The notes beneath the pieces are model-generated. The model was not told where the DNA came from. It saw nothing but the letters and a program-made list of their open reading frames with translations, and searched no databases. 49,291 nucleotides of DNA from Syntrophales bacterium (GTDB taxonomy: Bacteria; Desulfobacterota; Syntrophia; Syntrophales; UBA4778): the NCBI GenBank assembly GCA_963665615.2, contig CAXXQE010000004.1, positions 1-49,291 on the forward strand. The letters run 5' to 3'. Position numbers and translations under genes: made by a program. Positions 41,103-49,291 of the stretch are shown here, piece after piece (position 1 is the stretch's first letter; each line of letters opens with the position of its first letter).

Positions 41103-42263
41103 ATGGGAAGAAGAGTAGCGATAGTAGGAACAGGACAGACCTATCATGCAAGTTCCCGTACCGATGTAACAGTGCGGGAAATGATTAATGAAGCCGTGAC
41201 ACGGGCCCTGATCGATGCCGAGATGACCATCAAGGATATCGACGCCATTGTCATCGGCAATATGGACCATTTCGAGTCGATCAATCATGTGGACACGTAT
41301 TGTGTCGAAGGCGTTGGCGGTGTCGGCAAGCCGATTATGAAGGTTTCCACGGGCGGCACGACCGGTGCGACCGTGGCGATTGCCGCGTACTATCACGTTG
41401 CGTCGGGCCTTTTCGATAGAGTATTGGCCATCGGGTTCGAGAAGAACTCCGAGTCCGATACGACAGGCGCGATTATCACCTGTTCGGATCCCATATGGGA
41501 CCGCAGGTCTTATTCCGGCGCCATCCCCAGCCTTGCCACCGAGGCAACGGCTTACATGAATCAGTACGGTGCCACACAGGAAGATGCGGCGATGATTGGC
41601 GAACGGGATCGCGGCAATGCGATGAACAACCCTTACGCCCATCTGAAGAAGCCTCTTACTGTTGCACAGATTATGGCTTCGCCGATGCTTGCCTATCCGA
41701 TCAAGCTGGGAGACATCTGTCCGCGGACGGATGGGGCCTGTGCGGTCGTTCTGGCGGCTGACGGCATTGCCCAGAAAGTCGCCAAGAAACCCGCCTGGTT
41801 CAAGGCAGCTTCAGTGCGTCATACCTACACCTGGTTTGGCGATTCCTGCAACTACACGGCAGGAATGGTTTCGTTGCAGAATGCGTCCAGAGAAGCGTAC
41901 GCCCAGGCAGGCATCACGAAGCCGGCGGACCAGATCGATGTCGCCGAGCTTTACTGCCCCTATACCTGGGGAGGCCTCAAGTGGATTGAAGATCTTCAGT
42001 TCTGCGGTCGTGGCGAGGCGCCGAAGTTCGTTCGCGACGGCAACACCCACATGGGCGGCAAGATTCCAATTAACCCGTCCGGTGGTGTGCTTTCCACCAA
42101 CTGTATCGGTGCAACGGCCATTCTCAGGGTTGCAGAGGCGGCAATCCAGATCATGGGCAAGGGCGACAAACGGCAGGTGCCTGATGTCAAAACCGCGCTT
42201 GCGACAGGATTCGGCGGATGTTTCTGGTCGGATGTCGTTATCTTAAGCGCTGAGAAACCATAG
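41103..42263 (+). CDS. Thiolase-fold (SCP-x/Ltp3-like) protein lacking the nucleophile Cys
   Basis: KVSTGGTTGA at the nucleophile loop, NNPYAHL, DGACA, ELYCPY and INPSGGVLSTN. Confidence 0.85.
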   Translation: MGRRVAIVGTGQTYHASSRTDVTVREMINEAVTRALIDAEMTIKDIDAIVIGNMDHFESINHVDTYCVEGVGGVGKPIMKVSTGGTTGATVAIAAYYHVASGLFDRVLAIGFEKNSESDTTGAIITCSDPIWDRRSYSGAIPSLATEATAYMNQYGATQEDAAMIGERDRGNAMNNPYAHLKKPLTVAQIMASPMLAYPIKLGDICPRTDGACAVVLAADGIAQKVAKKPAWFKAASVRHTYTWFGDSCNYTAGMVSLQNASREAYAQAGITKPADQIDVAELYCPYTWGGLKWIEDLQFCGRGEAPKFVRDGNTHMGGKIPINPSGGVLSTNCIGATAILRVAEAAIQIMGKGDKRQVPDVKTALATGFGGCFWSDVVILSAEKP

Positions 42264-42271
42264 GAGGAACT

Positions 42272-42751
42272 ATGTCAGCAGACAGTAAACAACAAGAGCT
42301 GATCCAGGTGACCTTTACGCACCCTGGTCCATATGAGTGGTCGATCGGTCTTTATGGAAGCAAGTTTTTTAAGGAAATTAAAGAAACCGGACGCTTTGCC
42401 GCCATCAAGTGTCCAAGTTGCGGTTTGACATATGTGCCGCCCCGTCGCGTCTGTGGTCCCTGTTACAAGGAACTGACAGATCTCGTCATTCTTCCTTCGA
42501 CGGGCGTCATTACGGCCTTTTCCACCGTGAATTATCCCTTTATTGATCCGGCGACAGGGAAAAAGAAGCCCGTTCCCTATACGTATGCGTATATCCGGAT
42601 CGATGGCGCCGATAACATCTTCTCGCATCTCGTCAACGAAGTTGATATCAGCAAAATCCAGGTCGGCATGAAAGTCCGGGCCGTATTTAAGGACAAGGAT
42701 AAGATGGAGGGTAATATCGAGGATATTCTCTACTTTGATATTATAAAATAA
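42272..42751 (+). CDS. Zn-ribbon OB-fold protein (DUF35/ChsH2-like)
   Basis: CPSCGLTYVPPRRVCGPC followed by an OB fold. Confidence 0.9.
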   Translation: MSADSKQQELIQVTFTHPGPYEWSIGLYGSKFFKEIKETGRFAAIKCPSCGLTYVPPRRVCGPCYKELTDLVILPSTGVITAFSTVNYPFIDPATGKKKPVPYTYAYIRIDGADNIFSHLVNEVDISKIQVGMKVRAVFKDKDKMEGNIEDILYFDIIK

Positions 42752-42807
42752 GGTGGTGTTTTAAACATAGATTCCGGCTGTTATCGGAATGAAAAGATCG
42801 CGGTTAA

Positions 42808-42854
42808 GGGCAAATGGCACTGGAGTATTGCGAATACTCCGGTGCCTTTTGCCC
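42808..42854. terminator. Long hairpin after the thiolase/DUF35 operon
   Basis: GGGCAAATGGCACTGGAGTATT / AATACTCCGGTGCCTTTTGCCC arms; no clear U-tract. Confidence 0.55.
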
Positions 42855-43680
42855 GGCAGCGGTTTGTAGTGATTGCGTCGATTGATCGTTGTTTAGTTTA
42901 TTGGACCAAAGACGTTTCAATGGGGCCTTGCGTTGCCTCGGCGCGTTAAGGGCGGCGTAGCATATTTCAATTTTCCATCCGGAAGATTGTTGTGATGATC
43001 CTGCCTCCCGGGCGTTATGATCGTCGATCGTTGCCTGGCAAGTGGGTTCTTTGGAAGTAATGAATATCGGTCCTCTATCGGATAGGTTGGGACAAGCTCA
43101 TCGTGCCAGTTGGTTTGTATCCCGTCAGCTTCTGTACATCCCTTTGACAACCTATGCGATAAAAGCCTGATAGGTTATCATTCGTTTGGCATGTTTTTCA
43201 GTGTCGTTCTTTTTCATTGTCAGGCCGTTGAGTTTGAGCCCCATGTTGAGTTGTAACTTCTGCGAGCCATCTGGTGTCAGATGGTGCGTCTTGCAATAGC
43301 CTTATGTTTTAAAAATGACAGGGTAGGATTGAAACAGTAAGGCATCATTGCTTGCTGAATGACGCACAAGTCTGCTAGTGTTATGACCTGTTCAAAAGGG
43401 TTAAGGCATTTAATAGCTTGTTCAGATCGCAGGATTGACGTTTTGTTTACTGAATGCTATGGGTGATCAGGAGAGACGGGAGACTGCGAAGAGATAAGGT
43501 GACGCCAGTGATTGGGTCATTATCGCGGGATTGAGCTGCGCGTCAAAAATTCCGTTAAGGATTATGGTGTAAAATAAATCGTAAGAGTTATGAGCAGAAA
43601 AAATATCGGTAACACGGTGTGTCGGGCGTGTCGGAAGACACCCTAGTTTTCTTATAAATAAAAAACGAAAGGAAAAAAAT

Positions 43681-44529
43681 ATGGTTAAAAAGCTAACAGT
43701 CATCGGAGCAGGTACAATGGGCGCCGGCATTGCACAGGTCGCCATCGAAAGTGGAATCGAAACCATTCTATGTGATATCAAAGACGAGTTTGTCAGTCGA
43801 GGTCTGAACACGATCAAGACTTTTATCGGCAAGAAACTCGAGAAGGGGAAACTTACGCAGGCCGATCATGACCAGATTCTGGCTCGTCTGAAGGGTTCCG
43901 TCAATATGCAAGAGGCTGCCGGGAGCGCCGATATGGTTATAGAGGCAGTCTTTGAGGATATGGCCTTGAAGCAGAAGATCTTCGGCGACCTCGACAAGTT
44001 CTGTCCGCCGACGACGATCCTGGCCTCCAATACCTCGACGTTGAGCATTTCCAAAATCGCCTCCGCGACGAATAACCAGGGACGTGTCATCGGCACCCAT
44101 TTTTTCAGCCCCGTCCCTGTCATGAAGCTGGTGGAGGTCATCTGTGGCGATAAGACCGAACAGGCTGTCGTCGATGCGGCCATGTCCTTCTGCGCTGCTG
44201 TTGGCAAGACAGCGATCCTGACGAAGGACGTACCGGGCTTCATCGTTAACCGATTCCTGTGCCTGCTGTATAATGAGGCCGCCGAGCAGATTCGCCAGGG
44301 CTTTGCCACGGCCAAGGATATCGATACCGGTATGAAGCTGGGCGCCAATCACCCGATGGGCCCCTGTGAAGTTATGGACATGGCCGGCGTGGATGTCGTG
44401 AACAACGCCCTGAAAGCGCTCTATGAAATGACCGGCGAAGAGCGTTATAAACCCTCCCCGCTGTTCGCTGAAATGCTTGCGGCGAACAAGCTGGGGCGCA
44501 AGACCGGCAAGGGTTTCTACGAGTATTAA
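43681..44529 (+). CDS. 3-hydroxyacyl-CoA dehydrogenase (Hbd-like)
   Basis: GAGTMGAGIA, IEAVFE, ASNTS, HFFSP, PGFIVNR and LGRKTGKGFY motifs. Confidence 0.95.
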   Translation: MVKKLTVIGAGTMGAGIAQVAIESGIETILCDIKDEFVSRGLNTIKTFIGKKLEKGKLTQADHDQILARLKGSVNMQEAAGSADMVIEAVFEDMALKQKIFGDLDKFCPPTTILASNTSTLSISKIASATNNQGRVIGTHFFSPVPVMKLVEVICGDKTEQAVVDAAMSFCAAVGKTAILTKDVPGFIVNRFLCLLYNEAAEQIRQGFATAKDIDTGMKLGANHPMGPCEVMDMAGVDVVNNALKALYEMTGEERYKPSPLFAEMLAANKLGRKTGKGFYEY

Positions 44530-44751
44530 GATTCAGTCGTAAGACTTGAGCAAGGAATCAGGTGTGAGAGCACAGGCTCCTTTCTGGGGGCCTGTGCCCA
44601 AATGGGCGATTGTAACAACTGTGTTCCTTTTTTGTCTTGACATGGCAAACGGTTATGTTATTGACCCCAAAGGGGCAGTCAGTGATTGCAACCGTTTTGG
44701 TTGTTGAGCGATATGCTGAAAATATAGTTTATTAATCTTAAGGAGAAAACT

Positions 44752-45621
44752 ATGGCTAAGAGAAAGGTTATCATTGCCTGTGCCCTGGTAGGGTCGGCAA
44801 CGAGAAAGAATCAGAATCCCAATACCCCTTATAGTCCCAAGGAACAGGCTGAGGCCGCTCATCTTGCCTACAAGGCGGGCGCCGCGATGGTTCATGTTCA
44901 TGCCATCGAGGATGATGGAACCAATTCTACAAACAAGGAGCGGATCAAGGCCACGCACGATGCCATTAAAGAGAAAACCCCCGAGCTGATCGTCAACATG
45001 ACCTCTGCTCTCGGTATGGGCGCGACCCCGGCGATGCGGCTAGAGCAGCTTCTGTATGTCAGGCCGGAGGTGAGCTCTCTGAACCTCGCCACCATGAATT
45101 TTGCCTTCATCAACAGAAAGACGGGAGAGGTTCTGGTCGATTACACCTTTGACAATCCGCTTAATATGGTTGCGGATTTTGTCAAGAACATGAAGGAATT
45201 GGGCATCAAGCCGGAGTTGGAGGTATACAACACGGGCGGAATCGATAATTATCACTTTCTGTCCGGTTCCGGAAACTTTACCGATCCGGTGAACTTCAAC
45301 TTTGTTTTCGGCGTTTGCGGCGGCGCGGCTTTCAGACCGGCCGGCTTCCTTGCAATGAAGGACGCCATTCCCGCGGGCGCCAATTTCACGGCCTGCGGCG
45401 TTGGCCCCGACGAGTGGCCTGCAATCACCCAGTCGGTTCTCTGCGGTGGTCATGTACGGGTCGGTCTGGAAGACAACCTCCGTATGCCCAATGGCGAGCT
45501 CGCCAAAGGCAACTATGAACTGGTCGAGGAGGCCGTCAAGATTGTTGAGTTCCTCGGCTGTGAAGCGGCTACACCGGATGAAGCCAGAGCGATCATGGGT
45601 ACCACCAAGAAAGTTCTGTAA
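44752..45621 (+). CDS. Beta-keto acid cleavage enzyme (BKACE/Kce, DUF849)
   Basis: IIACALVG, NP.TP..P, AGAAMVHVHA (Zn His pair), IKPELE and GGHVRVGLEDN motifs. Confidence 0.93.
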   Translation: MAKRKVIIACALVGSATRKNQNPNTPYSPKEQAEAAHLAYKAGAAMVHVHAIEDDGTNSTNKERIKATHDAIKEKTPELIVNMTSALGMGATPAMRLEQLLYVRPEVSSLNLATMNFAFINRKTGEVLVDYTFDNPLNMVADFVKNMKELGIKPELEVYNTGGIDNYHFLSGSGNFTDPVNFNFVFGVCGGAAFRPAGFLAMKDAIPAGANFTACGVGPDEWPAITQSVLCGGHVRVGLEDNLRMPNGELAKGNYELVEEAVKIVEFLGCEAATPDEARAIMGTTKKVL

Positions 45622-45639
45622 AATGATTTAATTCTCTTT

Positions 45640-45682
45640 ACCCCGTCAGTCATCGCAACGCGATTGGCTGACGGGGTTTTTT
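45640..45682 (+). terminator. Intrinsic terminator after BKACE
   Basis: ACCCCGTCAGTCATCGC-AAC-GCGATTGGCTGACGGGGT followed by TTTTT. Confidence 0.85.
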
Positions 45683-46583
45683 CTTGCCGGCCCCTTTATT
45701 GTATCCCCTTACCTCTATCGGAATTTCGTCTCAATTATCGATTTTGTGAACCTTGCCACGCGTCGTGAAGATCGCTGCAGAAATGTTTTCGCGTAAATCG
45801 AATAGTCTATTAGTCTATGCGGTTTCACCGGCCCTGAAGCCGACGCGGAAAAAGCAAAGACAAATATCGCTTATTGTCGCATCAAGCGAGCATTTTTTTG
45901 ATCCAGCTCTTCTGCAAAGGAGAGTTGTCATATGGTGTCCTGGCTTTATTGTTAGTACTTGTGCAAAGTCTGTTTAGCCGCATCAGAGGTGAGCTTGATC
46001 GACATGCGGTATGCGTTTCCCCCGTCGCTTGCAGACATGTCCGGATTTCTCCAGACGCTCTCGTTAAGGGGGTGGGGAAATTCATGCACTGGAGTTGCTC
46101 TCAGCATGAAAAGCTTTTGACGATGCAATGTCTTTGGATGGTCTTTTTTTGATGTGGTGAGGGATGTCGTGAATCGGCAGAACCTTTCTCCATTGAGCCT
46201 GTATGGGTTCTCCGGAATTTATCGGAGCTGTTTGTGTGGCAATGCGCGATTATGGTGTTGACAAAAAATTAATTTCAAATCTATAAGTACGTCGGAATGC
46301 GACGTAAAGCATATTTTATATTTACAATCGTTGATAGCTATGCTATCAAACCGTAGACCTTATCTGCTGCCCAAGCCAAAATAGACGCACATCAGCGCAG
46401 TGCACCACGTGCATGCGCAAGGTTGGGTGTGGGGAGTAGTTTTTGTTATTTAAGGACATTTTAATATTACATCATATGCTTTCGGGCTGGTGTAATATCT
46501 GCTTTTGTTATCACAATAAAAGTGCAGTTTTTTATTTTTTAAAATAGTAAGTAGTGACTGTTGTCAACTTTGTTAATTATAAA

Positions 46584-46598
46584 GCAATATATGTGCCA
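46584..46598 (-). promoter_or_regulatory. Consensus sigma54 promoter on the minus strand
   Basis: Reverse complement reads TGGCAC-ATATA-TTGC, a perfect TGGCAC-N5-TTGC. Confidence 0.6.
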
Positions 46599-46762
46599 TT
46601 CATTATTTGTAAATAATTTCAACATAGTATTGATGTTTCCTTGATGACAATTTGCGTCAGTTTGTTGACAAATGTTTATATTCGGACAATATTGACACCT
46701 TGTTCATCGCGTAATTTAGAGCCATTAAGAATTTAGGTTCTTTTTTGAAGGAAGGACAACTC

Positions 46763-48163
46763 GTGGAAGATAGATACGATGTGATTATTGTTGGTGCAGG
46801 GATAGCGGGGTTGGGTGTCGGGGCGATATTAGCGAAAGAGGGGAAGCAGAAGGTATTGGTGTTAGACCGGTTTCCGAAGATTGGTGGCCGGACGATGAGT
46901 TATGAAGGTTATCCGGGTCCGGGCTGGCGAGCGGATATCGGTTTGCATGTGGTGGAGCTGGGGGACAAGGCCTCGTGTACGGAGTTGAACGAGCGTGTTG
47001 GGAAGCAGGTAGCGTGGGGTCCGTTTAGCGAGACGGTGGACATATGGACGGGGGAGCAGTTCATCAACATCGCGGAACTGGTTCCCATGACCAAGGACGA
47101 CAAGATCGCCTTCCGGGATCTGCTGCAGGCGATCGCGACGTTGAGCGACGCCGAGATCGAGAAGTGGGACAACCGGTCGCTGGAAGAGTGGATGGTTGAG
47201 AATGTTCCGCAGCAGGCGGTTCGGGAGCTTTTGACCGATCTGGGGATGATCATGACGACCATACCCAATGCCATCGACATGGCGGCGGGGGAGGTGTTGT
47301 GGATCGCGAAGCACAATCTTCTCAAGATCCGTCAGGCGTTGGCGGCCAGCTACCCGATTGACGGGATGGAAGGCTTGACCCGCGGTTTAGTCGAAGTCAT
47401 CAAGGAAAACGGCGGCGAGATCCGCCTCAACTGCGACGTTCAGGAAGTCGTCGTTCAGGACAAAAGAGCCATCGGCGTTCGCGTGCCCTCGGCCAAGCAC
47501 ATCTACCAGGAAGAATACCGCATTTACGAGACAGAGTTCATCGCCGCAGATCGCATGGTTTGCGCCCTTCCCATCTACAAACTTTCCAAGGTTCTTGATT
47601 TCAATCCGAAGACGAGTCCGCTGCCCAGGTGGTGGATCAAGCGCATAGAGGACATCCAGCATGAAGTCACCGGTCTGATCGGATTCCTGTTCGGTACGAA
47701 AGAACCGTTGGTGGATCCGAACAAGAAGGTTTTTTACAGTGCGTTGAAGTTGAAGCACAGCGGCTTTCCCTTCCAGGGTTGCCCCGTATCGAACTTTACC
47801 GATGCGGTGGCGCCGGCGGGCAAGCAGCTGTTCCACACGGACATCGTTGTGGAGCATGCGGAGGCGTCTGACAAGTTTGAAAGAGAGCGTCTGCTGAAGC
47901 TGATGTGGGAAGACTTGAAAGAGATGTTCCCGGGTCTGGAGGAGAAGCTGGAGTGGCGATTGCCGTATTACGTAGACGGTTGCGACGGTCTGGCGCGTCA
48001 GCCGGGTCTGGTGGGCAATTTCAAGCCGGCCCTGCAGGCGCCGGGTATTCCGAATCTGTTCTTTGCAGGGGACACCTATCTGGGGCGCGGGTTGGCGATC
48101 AACGGCGCTGCATTGAGCGGCATGAAGTGCGCGGACTTGATCCTGAAGGATTTAGGGAAATAG
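46763..48163 (+). CDS. NAD(P)/FAD-dependent oxidoreductase, phytoene desaturase-like
   Basis: DVIIVGAGIAGL, IGGR and C-terminal IPNLFFAGD...GAALSG..CA; GTG start after AGGA. Confidence 0.85.
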   Translation: MEDRYDVIIVGAGIAGLGVGAILAKEGKQKVLVLDRFPKIGGRTMSYEGYPGPGWRADIGLHVVELGDKASCTELNERVGKQVAWGPFSETVDIWTGEQFINIAELVPMTKDDKIAFRDLLQAIATLSDAEIEKWDNRSLEEWMVENVPQQAVRELLTDLGMIMTTIPNAIDMAAGEVLWIAKHNLLKIRQALAASYPIDGMEGLTRGLVEVIKENGGEIRLNCDVQEVVVQDKRAIGVRVPSAKHIYQEEYRIYETEFIAADRMVCALPIYKLSKVLDFNPKTSPLPRWWIKRIEDIQHEVTGLIGFLFGTKEPLVDPNKKVFYSALKLKHSGFPFQGCPVSNFTDAVAPAGKQLFHTDIVVEHAEASDKFERERLLKLMWEDLKEMFPGLEEKLEWRLPYYVDGCDGLARQPGLVGNFKPALQAPGIPNLFFAGDTYLGRGLAINGAALSGMKCADLILKDLGK

Positions 48164-48236
48164 ATTTGCTCGTGACGTGAATTACGTCTCACCATCGTGA
48201 TAGGGCGTCGTTGATACGATATTGAAGGGGAAGACG

Positions 48237-49291
48237 ATGGAAGCAGGTTCTCTCGAGAAGATCAGAGTCTTAGATATCACCAGAGTGCTGTCAGGTCCCT
48301 TCTGCGCGATGATTTTGGCGGATTTAGGCGCAGAGGTCATCAAGATAGAAATGCCGGACGTTGGCGATGAGAGCCGGACAGGCGCGCCCTTTGTCAAAGG
48401 GGAGAGCACGTATTTCCATGCGATCAACCGCAACAAGAAAGGCATTACCCTCAGTCTCAAGAAACCAGAAGGACAAAAGATTTTTAGAGAATTGGCGAAA
48501 ACCGCCGATGTCGTCATAGAGAATTTCACGCCGGGAACGATGAAAGAATTCGGCGTGGATTATGAAACCCTCTCCAAACTCAATCCCCGCATCATCATGG
48601 CGTCCATCTCCGGATTCGGACAGAAGGACAGCCCCTATGTAACGAAAGTGGCCTATGATCCCATCGCGCAGGGCATGGGCGGTATCGCGTCCATCAACGG
48701 GTACCCGGACGGCCCCCCCACGAAAGTCGGGGTTCCCCTGGGCGATCTGGCGGCGGCGCTTTGGTGCGCCATCGGCGTTTGCGGGGCCCTCTACGAGCGG
48801 TCGGTATCGGGCAAGGGTCAGCATGTCGATGTGGCCATGGCCGACGGGATCTTCTCCATTCTCGAGCATGCGATTCTTCGATACACGGCCAGCGGTCAGG
48901 TTGGCGGCCGGATCGGCAACCGTCACCCCACCTTGGCGCCCTACAATTTCTATCATGCAAAAGACGGCTGGGTGGCCTTGGCGACGGCGAGCAACAGTGT
49001 GGCGCATCGGCTGGCGGATGCCATCGGTCGCAGCGATATGAAGGACGATCCGCGGTTTGCCTCGAACCAGACGAGGACGCAGAACGCCGAATGGATCGAG
49101 GAAGCGATCAACGCGTATGTATCTCAGTATACAAAAGCGGAGCTTATCGAACAGTTTGACAAGAAAGACGTTCCGATCGGACCGATCTATACCATCGACG
49201 AAGCGGTCAACGATCCGCACTATACGCAACGGGGCATGTTGGTAGATGTGGAGCATGCCGTTGTAGGAACCATGAAAGTCGTCGGTCCCAC
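48237..49291 (+). CDS. CaiB/BaiF family (class III) CoA-transferase, runs off window
   Basis: Manual translation MEAGSLEKIRVLDITRVLSGPFCAMILADLGAEVIKIE...NRNKK...DVVIENF.PG...GVPLGDLAAA; absent from the ORF track because it has no stop in the window. Confidence 0.93.
   Translation, partial: MEAGSLEKIRVLDITRVLSGPFCAMILADLGAEVIKIEMPDVGDESRTGAPFVKGESTYFHAINRNKKGITLSLKKPEGQKIFRELAKTADVVIENFTPGTMKEFGVDYETLSKLNPRIIMASISGFGQKDSPYVTKVAYDPIAQGMGGIASINGYPDGPPTKVGVPLGDLAAALWCAIGVCGALYERSVSGKGQHVDVAMADGIFSILEHAILRYTASGQVGGRIGNRHPTLAPYNFYHAKDGWVALATASNSVAHRLADAIGRSDMKDDPRFASNQTRTQNAEWIEEAINAYVSQYTKAELIEQFDKKDVPIGPIYTIDEAVNDPHYTQRGMLVDVEHAVVGTMKVVGP

Noticed and set aside
42815..42831. Sigma54 site TGGCACTGGAGTATTGC
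   Set aside because: GG-GC spacing is 2 bp too long, and the sequence is one arm of a hairpin.

Overview
Bacterial chromosomal window whose gene content suggests an anaerobic Desulfobacterota member, probably Syntrophales-like (inference, not a database result). (1) 1-9.3 kb is a frameshift-rich block: a Cus/Czc-type metal efflux operon (FixH/YtkA-like protein, TolC, adaptor, RND pump), an exported MsrA, a YdeN-type hydrolase, metY behind an apparent Met/Cys leader-peptide attenuator, an Rrf2 regulator and a sigma54-type PEP-CTERM gene. (2) 9.5-14.2 kb is a 3.9-kb islet bracketed by intact mutS and a decayed duplicate of the mutS 3' end. It carries an unannotated 20-aa Lys/Cys peptide gene with its own promoter and terminator, a SAM methyltransferase plus cupin pair, a 48-bp-repeat protein and a dienelactone hydrolase. 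(3) 13.6-34 kb is mostly core genes (mutS, aconitase, icd, rlmN, bamD, trxA, nucleoside phosphorylase, peptide-binding protein, thrC, diguanylate cyclase), with many palindromic repeats and 7/8-bp tandem arrays between genes. (4) 34.7 kb to the end is a co-oriented acyl-CoA catabolic cluster: acyl-CoA dehydrogenase, MBL hydrolase, SCP2, thiolase, DUF35, two Cys-less Ltp3/Ltp4-like thiolase-fold proteins, DUF35, 3-hydroxyacyl-CoA dehydrogenase, BKACE, FAD oxidoreductase and a class III CoA-transferase. No rRNA, tRNA, CRISPR array, transposase or integrase was recognised. The best candidates for undescribed biology are the mini Cys-peptide/methyltransferase/cupin module in the mutS islet, the Met/Cys attenuator of metY, and the DUF35/Ltp aldolase plus BKACE lipid-catabolic cluster.
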